Source of the DNA: an uncultured Chlamydiae bacterium
Lineage (GTDB): Bacteria; Chlamydiota; Chlamydiia; Chlamydiales; SM23-39
DNA length: 64,000 nucleotides
Direction of reading: 5' to 3'
Assembly (NCBI GenBank): GCA_963828125.1
Contig: CAWHDP010000002.1
Span: 512,001 to 576,000 of the forward strand
Within the stretch, counting starts at the first letter, position 1. Each line of letters starts with the position of its first letter. Made by a program: the position numbers and the translations under genes. Below are positions 10,619 through 23,259 of this stretch, piece after piece. Below the pieces are notes generated by a model. The model was not told the origin of the DNA. It did not search any database and was given only the letters and a program-made list of their open reading frames with translations.

Positions 10619-10639
10619 GATAATGAATGATCGTCTGAT

Positions 10640-10761
10640 GGTTCGTGGGAGATGTCCTTGACGCCGGGTCGAAGGGCCAAGAGAAACTCTTTGACTGGAA
10701 GACATGGGATCCCCTCAATGCGCCACCTCTTTTCCCCAAGATAGAGAAAAAGCGGGGTCGC
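10640..10761 (-). pseudogene. Possible remnant of the C-terminus of an AAA_14/DUF4143-type ATPase gene
   Basis: Minus strand reads ATPLFLYLGER, then after a frameshift WRIEGIPCLPVKEFLLALRPG; resemblance recalled from memory only; GC-richer patch in an AT-rich spacer. Confidence 0.35.
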
Positions 10762-10793
10762 TAATGTACAATCTTTAAAAAAAAGACTAATTT

Positions 10794-13382
10794 ATGATTA
10801 ATGTACAATCTTGCTATACCAGATTCACGGCTGCCCATCCCAGTAATAAGACCCCAGAGCCGTCATGGACAGCTGCATCCAATGTTGCGGGAGCCGTTGC
10901 TTATGCCACCATCTCCCCGTTAGGCGCCCTTTTCGCCGCATTAAAAGCGGGAGTCGACATCCTATCGGAAATCCATACCAATCTCATTAACCAGTGCCCA
11001 TCAAACCCGCAAGAAGCTCTGCAATACATTCAAAAGCATCGCATTACAAACGAAAAGGATCGGATTCAGATTCTCGAATCCTGCTTAAGCTTAAATCAGA
11101 GTGCCGCGATAACTTTAGACCATCTCAAACAATTCCAGATCACGGATCAAAATGTATTAATAGAGATCGCCATACGTTATGCGAAGCAACCTGCATGTAG
11201 AACTTTGGAATATATCGCCAACTTCAACATCCAAAATGAAGAAAGTCTTTTTGAAATCGCTAAAATTTGCGCGACTACGAGTTCATATACTCCGAAATAC
11301 ATTAAAAATTTTAGCATAAAGAACGAAACAAAACTCTTTGAAATTGCTAAGCTATGCGCAAATAAGAATGGTGGAACAACTGCGGAACAGATCCAAAATT
11401 TTGGCATTACAGATCCAAGCAAACTTTTTGAAATCGCCATGCTCTGCGCTAAACAGAATTGCCGTACCACGGCTCAATGCATCAAAAAGTTTGGGATCGA
11501 AGACCAAAGTGATCTTTATCAGATCGCAAAGTGGATGGCGCGCTACCAAGCGTGCCACTTCATACGAAACTTTAAGAAATTTGACATTAAGGACGAAAAC
11601 AAACGGATTGAGCTGGCTATGATGTGCGCATCGAAAGATGGCGAGACAACTGCAGCAAATATCGGCATATTTGACATTACAAATGAGATCAAACTTTGCG
11701 AGATCTTCGTGCTCTGCGCAAAAAATCACCCAGCAAAGATAGCAGAATTGCTCACATGGTTTCCGCTTTCATCAACCACCCTCCTCGAAACAACGGTCTG
11801 GCCATTATGCCTTCTCCAATCCCCCGAGGTTCTTAAAGAAATAACAGGGAATTTAAAACCAAAATATGGCCTTCTGGGAGATCTTGCATCCAGGCTCGAA
11901 GAGGATCCAAGTCAATGGGAGTCGGTCATGAACAATTCACAGCTATCTGAGTGGATAAAACAGTCGGGGCTAGATTCTCCCCATTTTTCATCTATTTCTT
12001 CCTGCCTTGCGAAAATGCAACCTCACCACATACGGCAGTCATTGACCTGTTTCTTTCTAGCCGCATTGTCTGCTCTCCATCTGGGATTAGGGCCTGAGGG
12101 ATTGCAGAAAATCTGGAAAAAAGATCTTTTCCTGAAGATCTTACAAATACATGCCCCTCATTTAGCCCCTCGCCTTACAGAAACCCTCCTTCGCCTTGCG
12201 AAAGACGGCTGTGCATTGGACATATATTCCAATGGCACTCAACTAAACTTGGAACAGAAGTATCCATATATGACTTTACTGCGGATGGAGTTCGCATTAC
12301 TTCAAAGCCAAGGAGTGAATATGAATCGTTTCGTTAACATGCTAGATAACACACTCCGCAAAACTTTTAAAGACGCCAAAAAATTCAAATTGTTGCTCGT
12401 AGTTTTAGACAGTCTTGTCAAAGCTGAGTTGGGAATAAAACAAAAACAGGCAGTTTTAGATTGTTTAGTAGATCAATCAGATTTTATAATCAAAAATTTG
12501 GGCAACATATCGATTCTTTTCGATCTGAATGAAGAATCCCTTTTGGAGAACAGTTCAGAAGGATACGAGGCATTGGCGATGCGAGCCATGCAAAAAATTC
12601 TTCCCGTAGGAGATTTGGCTCATGGATTCGACTCATTGATACAAACGTTCGGATCTAGCCGCAATCCCCAAGCCATTTTCCGTTATGCCGCTGGACTCAG
12701 CACTCTGAATCACCCAGAGGTGGATCGATCATTCAAACAATTTTTTCTATCCGTATGCGATGGGACATTTCAGAACGTCCGGTATAATCCCGACATCAAT
12801 CCGCAAATGCAAAAAATTCAAAATTACTCTGCTGATCTAATCCATCTTTGGAAGCAAGGAAAAACGTGCGACCTCAATGATCAGCTCGGGGCTCAAATAC
12901 CTCATTTAAATCATAAAAAATTGAAAATCATTGATACGGACAATCCATACGATCTGCTCCTTTCCGGAACCGAGGTGCAAGGGAGTTGTCAAAGAATCGA
13001 TGCAAATATCGAATATAACAAGGGACTATTAGGTCTATTGATGAACGGAGCTAGACTTTTGGCTGTTGTAGATCCAAATGGAGTCATCCAGACCAAAGCT
13101 GTCATTCGCATTTTGTTCAATCAACAGGAGAAACCAGTTTTGTTTATCGAAAGACTCTATGGAAATGCTCGGTACGGCGATCCACTGCTCTCTTTCGCAA
13201 AAGAACGGGCCAGAGAGTTCGAGTTGCCGCTGGCTGCCACAGAAGTGGGCGAAGGGCCTTTGATTCAAGCCTCCTTAACCTCATTAGGAGGTCCAGCGCC
13301 ATATGAATATAGCGATGCAGGCGGAGAAATCTGCCCACAAGGGATCATCTGTGTATCGAGATACTGCATTCTACAAGAATGA
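10794..13382 (+). CDS. 862-aa protein with eight ~30-aa helical repeats and a C-terminal GSCQ-motif domain; putative effector
   Basis: Long ORF, AT-richer than flanks; repeat consensus approx. I-x-x-F-x-I-x-[DN]-x3-L-x-E-I-A-x2-C-A. Confidence 0.85.
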   Translation: MINVQSCYTRFTAAHPSNKTPEPSWTAASNVAGAVAYATISPLGALFAALKAGVDILSEIHTNLINQCPSNPQEALQYIQKHRITNEKDRIQILESCLSLNQSAAITLDHLKQFQITDQNVLIEIAIRYAKQPACRTLEYIANFNIQNEESLFEIAKICATTSSYTPKYIKNFSIKNETKLFEIAKLCANKNGGTTAEQIQNFGITDPSKLFEIAMLCAKQNCRTTAQCIKKFGIEDQSDLYQIAKWMARYQACHFIRNFKKFDIKDENKRIELAMMCASKDGETTAANIGIFDITNEIKLCEIFVLCAKNHPAKIAELLTWFPLSSTTLLETTVWPLCLLQSPEVLKEITGNLKPKYGLLGDLASRLEEDPSQWESVMNNSQLSEWIKQSGLDSPHFSSISSCLAKMQPHHIRQSLTCFFLAALSALHLGLGPEGLQKIWKKDLFLKILQIHAPHLAPRLTETLLRLAKDGCALDIYSNGTQLNLEQKYPYMTLLRMEFALLQSQGVNMNRFVNMLDNTLRKTFKDAKKFKLLLVVLDSLVKAELGIKQKQAVLDCLVDQSDFIIKNLGNISILFDLNEESLLENSSEGYEALAMRAMQKILPVGDLAHGFDSLIQTFGSSRNPQAIFRYAAGLSTLNHPEVDRSFKQFFLSVCDGTFQNVRYNPDINPQMQKIQNYSADLIHLWKQGKTCDLNDQLGAQIPHLNHKKLKIIDTDNPYDLLLSGTEVQGSCQRIDANIEYNKGLLGLLMNGARLLAVVDPNGVIQTKAVIRILFNQQEKPVLFIERLYGNARYGDPLLSFAKERAREFELPLAATEVGEGPLIQASLTSLGGPAPYEYSDAGGEICPQGIICVSRYCILQE

Positions 13383-13392
13383 CTGTAAAAGT

Positions 13393-14541
<1,149 letters not shown>

Positions 14542-14544
14542 GAA

Positions 14545-14823
14545 TCAATACCGGATATTGAACTTGTTTTTCGCCAACGTCAAAATCGCGTCTACGGCAA
14601 GCTCCGCATCCTCCCCAATCGCCTCCACAACAACCTTCGCGCCCCTCTCAGCGGCCAGCATCAAGATGCCCAAAATCGACTTCGCATTCACCACATAATT
14701 GCGATAACTCAAATTCACCTGGGCATTAAAATGCGCGGCGCACTTAACGAGTTCAGTCGAAGGGCGCGTATGGAGTCCCTTACTATTCAAAACAACAAAA
14801 ATGGCTCTGGCTTTACGTTTCAT
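14545..14823 (-). CDS. ptsH: Phosphocarrier protein HPr
   Basis: GLHTRP (His15 site) and NAKSILGIL (Ser46 site). Confidence 0.95.
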   Translation of the reverse strand: MKRKARAIFVVLNSKGLHTRPSTELVKCAAHFNAQVNLSYRNYVVNAKSILGILMLAAERGAKVVVEAIGEDAELAVDAILTLAKNKFNIRY

Positions 14824-14893
14824 CTGCTTCCCGAATCTCTATATGGCGCAGATGTAGGTGTTACCACAATCCTATTTTCTTTTCAATCAAAAA

Positions 14894-16726
14894 CTAGACT
14901 TTCTCTTTCAATTCCTCTAATAATTTCTCAAAATAATCGAGGGCCGCATTCACTGCGTCCGGTTTTCTCATGTCAACGCCGGCTACTTTCAAAAGGTCGA
15001 TCGGATATTTGCTGCCGCCGGACGACAAAAACTCCAAATACCGCTCTTTCGCCTTCTCATCGACCATCGCTTTCTGAAATAAGGCGAGGGCAGCGCTTAA
15101 ACCTGTCGCGTACTGATAGACGTAGAAATTGTAATAAAAATGGGGGATACGGGCCCATTCTATCTCTAACTCTTTGTCGAGAACCAGATCGGGACCATAG
15201 TATTCTCGATTGAGTTTGATATAATACTCTTTTAACAGGGCTGGGGTCAATGGAACGCCCTCCTCTGCCCACCGGTGGATCTGCAGCTCGAATTCGGCAA
15301 AAAGGGTCTGCCGGAAAATCGTCCCTCGAATCCCTTCAATCTGATAATTGATTAAAAATGCCTGATCGCGCTTCGACTTAGCTTGCCCCTGCAAGTGCTT
15401 CAAGAGCAGCTGCTCATTGAATGTCGAGGCGACCTCGGCGACAAAAATCGGATATTGGGAATAAATATAGGGCTGATTCATGCGGCTGAGGAGACTGTGC
15501 ATGCTGTGGCCCGCCTCGTGCGCTAGAGTCAAAACATCATTCAGAGTTCCGTGGTAATTCATCAAAATATAGGGCATGCTGTCGTAGCAACCCGATGAGT
15601 AGGCGCCTGAGCGCTTCCGGATGTTCTCATACACGTCGACCCACCGGTCTTCCAAAAGCCCTTTCTGCAAATGGCCCTGATATCGGCTCCCCAGCGGCGC
15701 CACAGAGGCGATCACGGCGCGCCGGGCCTCTTCGTAATCCATATTTGATTCCGCCTCTTCGATGAGCGGCACATAGAGATCGTACGGATGAATATCGGGG
15801 AGCTTTAACAATTTTTTCCTCAAAGCTACATACCGGTGCATGAGCGGCAACCTCGCCCTCACTGACGCAATCAGATTTTCATAGACCGCCCGCTCAATCT
15901 GGTTCGGAAACAGGGCCGCCTCTAAACAGCTGCCGAATTTCCGCGACCTTGCGATAAACAGATGGCTCTGCACTTGCCCTTGAATCAACTCGCAAAGGGT
16001 ATTGACATGGGCCTCGTACCCTTGGTGGAGGTGCTCGAAGGCCGATTTCCGAAGGGCCCTATCGGGACTGCGCAAGTAGGAGAGATAGGTCCCATTCGAG
16101 AGGGGACATTCGGCCCCTTTGGAATCGAGCGCCGATTTGAAGGTCATATCTGCATTATTGAGAGCCCCAAAGGCGCGAATCGATGTGTCAAGCGCTTTGC
16201 CGCTAAGGGCCATGATCTCCTCTTCTTGCGGGGAGAGAGTATGGGGCCGCATTCTCCCAATTTTCTCCAAATGAAAACGGTAGGGCGATAGGGCCGAATG
16301 GGCGATCAGTTGAGAAAATTGATCCTCTTTCAACTCGAGAAACTCGGGCTCAATCCACGAGGTCTGTAGACTGAATTCGTGGATCAAGGTTGAAATCAGG
16401 CCAAAATCGCTTTTAAACGTATCATTGCCCAGATCCTCGTCCAACCTAAGATGAGCGTACACATGGAGTTTTTCCAGTTTTCTCTGCAGGGCTAAATATG
16501 AGTCGAAGAGCTCGGCTACAGACAACGGGTCGTGAAGCCTCCCTCTGTACCGGGATAGCTCGGGCCATTTCCCCCCTCCCCCCTTCACATCCTCTAGATC
16601 CTCTTTCCAATTTTGCGGATCTACGTATAGGGCCTCCACATTCCAGCGATCTTCAACGGGCACTTCATTCCGAGTGACAGGCATCTTTTCCTCTTCTTTT
16701 ATGTAATTGGTTCTTAAGGAGTTCAT
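14894..16726 (-). CDS. pepF: Oligoendopeptidase F (M3B)
   Basis: TLAHEAGHSMH zinc motif, KRSGAYS, AEVASTFNE, WARIPHFY, YVYQYATG; start ATG 16726 (or 16684). Confidence 0.95.
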   Translation of the reverse strand: MNSLRTNYIKEEEKMPVTRNEVPVEDRWNVEALYVDPQNWKEDLEDVKGGGGKWPELSRYRGRLHDPLSVAELFDSYLALQRKLEKLHVYAHLRLDEDLGNDTFKSDFGLISTLIHEFSLQTSWIEPEFLELKEDQFSQLIAHSALSPYRFHLEKIGRMRPHTLSPQEEEIMALSGKALDTSIRAFGALNNADMTFKSALDSKGAECPLSNGTYLSYLRSPDRALRKSAFEHLHQGYEAHVNTLCELIQGQVQSHLFIARSRKFGSCLEAALFPNQIERAVYENLIASVRARLPLMHRYVALRKKLLKLPDIHPYDLYVPLIEEAESNMDYEEARRAVIASVAPLGSRYQGHLQKGLLEDRWVDVYENIRKRSGAYSSGCYDSMPYILMNYHGTLNDVLTLAHEAGHSMHSLLSRMNQPYIYSQYPIFVAEVASTFNEQLLLKHLQGQAKSKRDQAFLINYQIEGIRGTIFRQTLFAEFELQIHRWAEEGVPLTPALLKEYYIKLNREYYGPDLVLDKELEIEWARIPHFYYNFYVYQYATGLSAALALFQKAMVDEKAKERYLEFLSSGGSKYPIDLLKVAGVDMRKPDAVNAALDYFEKLLEELKEKV

Positions 16727-16755
16727 ACTCTCTCCGCGACTGGAGGCCGACAGGA

Positions 16756-16782
16756 TTAGCAATCCTGACAATATTGTGCTAA
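16756..16782 (+). promoter_or_regulatory. CIRCE-like HrcA operator upstream of groES
   Basis: TTAGCAATC-N9-TTGTGCTAA versus consensus TTAGCACTC-N9-GAGTGCTAA, directly upstream of the groES promoter. Confidence 0.85.
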
Positions 16783-16788
16783 ATTGTG

Positions 16789-16817
16789 TTGCAAAAAATC
16801 GGATCATCCGCTATATT
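16789..16817 (+). promoter_or_regulatory. Sigma70-type promoter of groESL
   Basis: -35 TTGCAA (16789-16794), 17-nt spacer, -10 TATATT (16812-16817). Confidence 0.75.
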
Positions 16818-16863
16818 CCTTCTTAGATTCAAGAATGCGTTTATCATATAGGAGAAACTACTT

Positions 16864-18795
<1,932 letters not shown>

Positions 18796-18814
<19 letters not shown>

Positions 18815-19506
18815 TCATCCAATGAACCCTCGAGAAGATTCTCGGGGGTTCTTTTTTGTCCGAAAATGCCAAACGGATTGAGCGTGTCTTTAATCCGCTC
18901 CGTCGGATTCAAGAAATTCTGCAAGTATTGGATCAATCCAGCCCCTTCAAAAATGCGGCTGATCAGCTCTTTTGTTGGAAAACCGTCTCGGCTATCGATG
19001 TCCGTAAATTCCATGTGATCGAAGTTTTTCGTCCCCGCGACGCCCAATGCCTCCGCTCCGGGCCCATCTGTGACCACCGTCATATTCTTCAAGGTCAATC
19101 GATGGATGATCACCTCCGCGCCTCCCCTCTTTTCAGGCATGCGGGCGCCGAGCGCCGCCCAGTTGTTGTCGGAACCTGATCTGTTTTGGATCTCGATATG
19201 GATCATGAGATTTTCCAGCTCGATCAGATCGATTTCAGAGGGCGTAGCAGTGAGCGGCCCCCATCGGTAATGAATTTTCGTTTTGGCCACTTCCAAAGCG
19301 TTCCGATCTTGAAAACCGGGCGGATTTGCGATCGTGAAGAGACGGAGGATCGTTTGTCTCGGCCACATACTGATCATCCGCACTGAGACGTCAACCCCTA
19401 ATTTCTGAGTCAGATACGAAGACATAATCGGAGCCTTGACGAGCCAAAGGAACACAAATGCCGCTATGATGATCAAACAAGCTAATCTCCAACCGTGGCC
19501 AAACAT
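18796..19506 (-). CDS. Hypothetical protein with N-terminal membrane anchor, AsmA-like
   Basis: N-terminal hydrophobic helix, then beta-rich region with IANPPGF and SDNNW segments; 3' end overlaps the groEL end. Confidence 0.75.
18824..18857 (+). terminator. Intrinsic terminator of groESL
   Basis: GAACCCTCGAGAA-GA-TTCTCGGGGGTTC hairpin followed by T6. Confidence 0.8.
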
Positions 19507-19512
19507 ATTTCT

Positions 19513-20997
19513 CTATCTCCTGGGCGTGGGGATCGGCCCTTCCATCTCGCCGATCAGTTTATTGAGAAAAGGGATGAGGGCAAAGCCGATGACGGCAAGG
19601 ACAAGGGAAATGAGGCCGTAAGCGATGAACGCATGGCCATAAATTTCAAGAGAAACAGTCCCTGTGATCTCTTTTGGGACATCTGAGATTGTAGCGAGGC
19701 CGCCGCCGATCGCAAAAGCTGCTGACTGAGTCAAAAACCAGACTCCCATCATCAACCCGACGAGATGGCGCGGAGTCAGGCGGGTCACCATAGCCAGACC
19801 GATAGGCGAAATGAGCAGCTCGCCGACCGTTTGGATGAAATAACTGAGAATCAACCACCAAGGCGATGCGTTTCCATCCACGTTGAAAGTGAGGACGCCC
19901 CCGCCGAGGACAAAATATCCGATCGCCATGCAGAGGATGCCGACGCTGAATTTGAGCGGCGTCGACGGGTTCTTATTTTTGTTGTGAAGATGGAGCCAAA
20001 GCCAGCTCAAGATAGGGCTTAAGACGATGATGAAAAACGGATTGAAAAATTGGGTGAATTCCGCATCGATCGTAAACCCTAGGAGCTCTTTGGACATGTT
20101 CCGGTCGGCAAAGAGCATTAGAGAGGTAAACGTCTGATTATAAACCGCCCAAAATCCGATCGAAATGACAGTGAGGATCAGACAGGCAATCATCTTGCGC
20201 CTCGAAGCGTGGAGCTCTTTGACGAGGTAAAAAAGGAGTACGGCAATGATGCCGATAGAGGCGAGGATCAGGATCAAATTTGTCTCTTTTGGATGGAAGA
20301 GGAGAATCTGAAGGACTCCGACGGTAGCGCATATAGCGATGATCAGACCGCAATAGAAAATCACTTTGAAGCTCTTTGATTTATGTAAAGGGCTGTGCTC
20401 CGGGAGGCCCCCCGCAGTTCCAAGCGGCTTTTTGGCGGCCATAAAAGTGAGGAGCGAGATCAGCATGCCGGCTGAAGCTGCAAAAAACCCTGAACCGTAG
20501 GTATAGGCCGCAACGAGAGCCCCTGCAAAAAGCGGCGGAAAAAGGCTGCCCAAGTTAATCCCCATGTAAAAGAGGGTAAACCCCCCGTCCCTTCGGGGAT
20601 CGTTCTCCGCATACAGTTCTCCCACAAGACTCGATACGTTCGGCTTAAAAAAGCCATTGCCGAGGATCACCAAGCTCAAACCCAAAAAGAGCTCGCGCTT
20701 GCCTGGGAGGCCCATGATGGCATACCCCACTAAAAAAAGGATCCCCCCTAAAAGAATCGATTGGCGATAGCCAATATACCGGTCTGCGATCGCCCCGCCT
20801 AGAACGGGCGCCAAGTAGAGCATCGAAGTGAAAGCGCCGTAGAGGAGATAGGCCGAAGAGTCTGTGTAAGAGAGCCCTTTGCTCAAGTAAAGGACCAAGA
20901 TCGTCTGCACCATGTAGAAGCCGAACCGCTCCCATAGCTCAGTAAAAAATAACCAATAGAGCCCCTTGGGTTGGCCTCTGTGATAGATATGTTGCAT
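19513..20997 (-). CDS. POT/PTR-family proton-dependent oligopeptide transporter
   Basis: ELWERFGFY (ExxERFxxY), GNGFFKPN, FYMGINLGS, GELLISPIGL motifs; many TM segments. Confidence 0.95.
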   Translation of the reverse strand: MQHIYHRGQPKGLYWLFFTELWERFGFYMVQTILVLYLSKGLSYTDSSAYLLYGAFTSMLYLAPVLGGAIADRYIGYRQSILLGGILFLVGYAIMGLPGKRELFLGLSLVILGNGFFKPNVSSLVGELYAENDPRRDGGFTLFYMGINLGSLFPPLFAGALVAAYTYGSGFFAASAGMLISLLTFMAAKKPLGTAGGLPEHSPLHKSKSFKVIFYCGLIIAICATVGVLQILLFHPKETNLILILASIGIIAVLLFYLVKELHASRRKMIACLILTVISIGFWAVYNQTFTSLMLFADRNMSKELLGFTIDAEFTQFFNPFFIIVLSPILSWLWLHLHNKNKNPSTPLKFSVGILCMAIGYFVLGGGVLTFNVDGNASPWWLILSYFIQTVGELLISPIGLAMVTRLTPRHLVGLMMGVWFLTQSAAFAIGGGLATISDVPKEITGTVSLEIYGHAFIAYGLISLVLAVIGFALIPFLNKLIGEMEGPIPTPRR

Positions 20998-21114
20998 ATA
21001 GTTTCTCCTAAACGGAACCTACAAGAAAATTTTTCACTCGTCAACAGGGGGGCGTAAAGAGTTTAAAAACCAACCTTTTGCAAACGGTTTCTTTTTAAGC
21101 CATGAGGGGTTATA

Positions 21115-21714
21115 ATGGGGGCAATGAAGCAAGGAACGGCAAAGATCTATCATTGGGGCCTTGAAAAAGCCTCCTCGAATAAAGCCCCCCTTTGGCTCGC
21201 CCTCCTCTTTGGCTTAGAGATCGCCTTATTCATTCCTCTGGATGCGGTTCTCATCTTTTTCTGTCTGCAAAAGCGAAGTCACATTTTTTTATACGTCTCG
21301 ATCGCGACGATCGCTTCGACAATCAGCGGCCTCGCCGGCTATCTTCTTGGCCACTTTCTCTGGGATCTCATCGGGGGTTGGGTGGTTCCCCACTTGATCT
21401 CGGCGAGCGCATTCGAGCGGGTCTCTGGACATATGCAGCAATATGAGCATTGGGCCCTCTTTTTGGGCGCCCTCATCCCTTTTCCCCTCAAGGTACTCAG
21501 CCTTGCGAGCGGCGTATTCCAATTGGGGGTCATCCCCTTTACGAGCTGCTTTGCGATCGCCCGCCTTCTCCGCTTTTCTCTCATTGGAGGAGCAATGGCC
21601 CTCTGGGGAGAGAGCGTTAAATCGTTCGTCGACCGGCATTTCCACCGGATCTTTATGGTGATTGGAGCGAAAGTGGCCGTCGCCCTTTTTGTCTTTTGGA
21701 TTTTAGCTAGATAA
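21115..21714 (+). CDS. YqaA/DedA (VTT domain) family membrane protein
   Basis: FIPLDAVL, GLAGYLLG, PFPLKV...SG, ARLLRF pattern. Confidence 0.85.
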   Translation: MGAMKQGTAKIYHWGLEKASSNKAPLWLALLFGLEIALFIPLDAVLIFFCLQKRSHIFLYVSIATIASTISGLAGYLLGHFLWDLIGGWVVPHLISASAFERVSGHMQQYEHWALFLGALIPFPLKVLSLASGVFQLGVIPFTSCFAIARLLRFSLIGGAMALWGESVKSFVDRHFHRIFMVIGAKVAVALFVFWILAR

Positions 21715-22134
21715 TTCTTTGCGAAAGTAGACCTTTTGCCCTTCGGCAAGATAACCTTGGGCCTGGTAAAAGGCGTGAGCGCCGCTCTCAATCCGGTGAG
21801 TCCCGCTCGTCAGCTCGATGACTGAACAGCCCTCAGTACTGGCAATCGCCTCAGCCTCCCTGAGCAGCCTCTTGCCAATGCCCATGCCCCGCACGATCTC
21901 ATCGACCACTAAACTCACAATCCGCATAAATCGCTCCTCTGAATGAAACTGCGGCAAAATGTGGTAGGCTAAACAACCGACTGCACGGCCATGCATCTCC
22001 GCGACCAGAACCGCAGAGCCGTAGCTGTGTAGATTCTCCTCTAGCGCCCCTTGAGAGACCTTATAGCCGAGCTGACCCATAAGCCCCACAAGCCTCTCCA
22101 CATCCCTTTTCTCGGCCCTGCGGATGATCACCAA
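21703..22134 (-). CDS. GNAT family acetyltransferase
   Basis: LVVDEIVRGMGIGKRLL acetyl-CoA motif A; AHAFY...GY. Confidence 0.9.
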   Translation of the reverse strand: MVIIRRAEKRDVERLVGLMGQLGYKVSQGALEENLHSYGSAVLVAEMHGRAVGCLAYHILPQFHSEERFMRIVSLVVDEIVRGMGIGKRLLREAEAIASTEGCSVIELTSGTHRIESGAHAFYQAQGYLAEGQKVYFRKELSS

Positions 22135-22898
22135 AATCGCCTCGCCTCCCTATACCCCGTCCATGCAGGATCGGTCAATTGGCTGATCCGCAAATAGGGC
22201 CTATTTTCCCTCGCAGAGGTGTGAATGAACGCCCCCTTCTGCAAAAACATCCCCACATGGCGGATATCCTCTGCCGAATCCCCCCAAAAAATCAGATCGC
22301 CAAGAGCAAGATCTTCGATCGCAACCGCTCTTCCTCTCGGATCACGAATCTGCTGCCGAGCATCGCGGGGAAGGCGCAATCCCATCTTCCCGTAGAGCAT
22401 CTGGACATATCCTGAACAGTCATAGCCAAAACTCGAACGCCCTCCCCAAGTGTAGGGAAGTCCGAGAAATTTTTGGCTAAACTTCTTTAAATCGAAGATT
22501 TCGGGCTCCACATCCCCCTTTTGAATATAGGCCTCCCTCCCATCAGGGAGAAGAATTTTAGCCCACCGGGCATCCGAAGCGTCGATGAGCCGCAACCTCG
22601 AACCGTAAGGCAATGAGAAGAGAGGACCGAATTCTGTATCGGGCTCCGCATAAATGTGGGCCTTCAGACGACTCGACGAAATTTGGGACTCATAGTAGGA
22701 GACATGGCTGAGAATGAACGACCCCTCCGCTACCCAGCCCGAGTAGCCGTCCGAAGTCGTGATGTAAATCCAATGGTCTGCATTTTTGCGGACAACGATC
22801 TCTTCACCGAAAAGGGCTTGCGACATAACACGCGATTTTAAAGACGGCGACTCCCGCATGTCGACCACAGGGAGATGCACCAATGGAATGGGAAACAT
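22128..22898 (-). CDS. SH3b + NlpC/P60 peptidase (YkfC-like)
   Basis: Two SH3b-like segments, then PYTWGG...DCSG, LPRDA and HVGM catalytic motifs; no signal peptide. Confidence 0.9.
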   Translation of the reverse strand: MFPIPLVHLPVVDMRESPSLKSRVMSQALFGEEIVVRKNADHWIYITTSDGYSGWVAEGSFILSHVSYYESQISSSRLKAHIYAEPDTEFGPLFSLPYGSRLRLIDASDARWAKILLPDGREAYIQKGDVEPEIFDLKKFSQKFLGLPYTWGGRSSFGYDCSGYVQMLYGKMGLRLPRDARQQIRDPRGRAVAIEDLALGDLIFWGDSAEDIRHVGMFLQKGAFIHTSARENRPYLRISQLTDPAWTGYREARRFW

Positions 22899-22934
22899 AG
22901 CCCCATGTTATTAGATGGGGCTATTTTTTTAAAC

Positions 22935-23141
22935 TTATGAAGACATTGACGTATGATCAGGAGTTGGAGCCTGGGTATTTGTATTCATGCCATTTAGATC
23001 GCCCGCATTGGCTTGTTGAGCCGCTGCTTGCACCGCATTGGCCGCATCGAGCTCTTCTTGCTCTAACAACAACTGCATAAGCTGGTCTTGTAACGCCGTT
23101 TGTGCTGCATTAGTACAGCTGGTCATTCCAGATACATCCAT
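22935..23141 (-). CDS. 68-aa Gln/Ala/Asn-rich small protein
   Basis: AAGGAG RBS 7 nt before ATG; ORF fills the gap between two genes; AT-rich promoter-like region upstream. Confidence 0.65.
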   Translation of the reverse strand: MDVSGMTSCTNAAQTALQDQLMQLLLEQEELDAANAVQAAAQQANAGDLNGMNTNTQAPTPDHTSMSS

Positions 23142-23259
23142 ATAATTTCTCCTTATTATTATATATTCTAACTTAATATAATATTACCACAACACTTATT
23201 TTAATCAAAACAAATTGCTATCCAGAAAATAAACATCTATTGTATCCTTATCCCATTAT

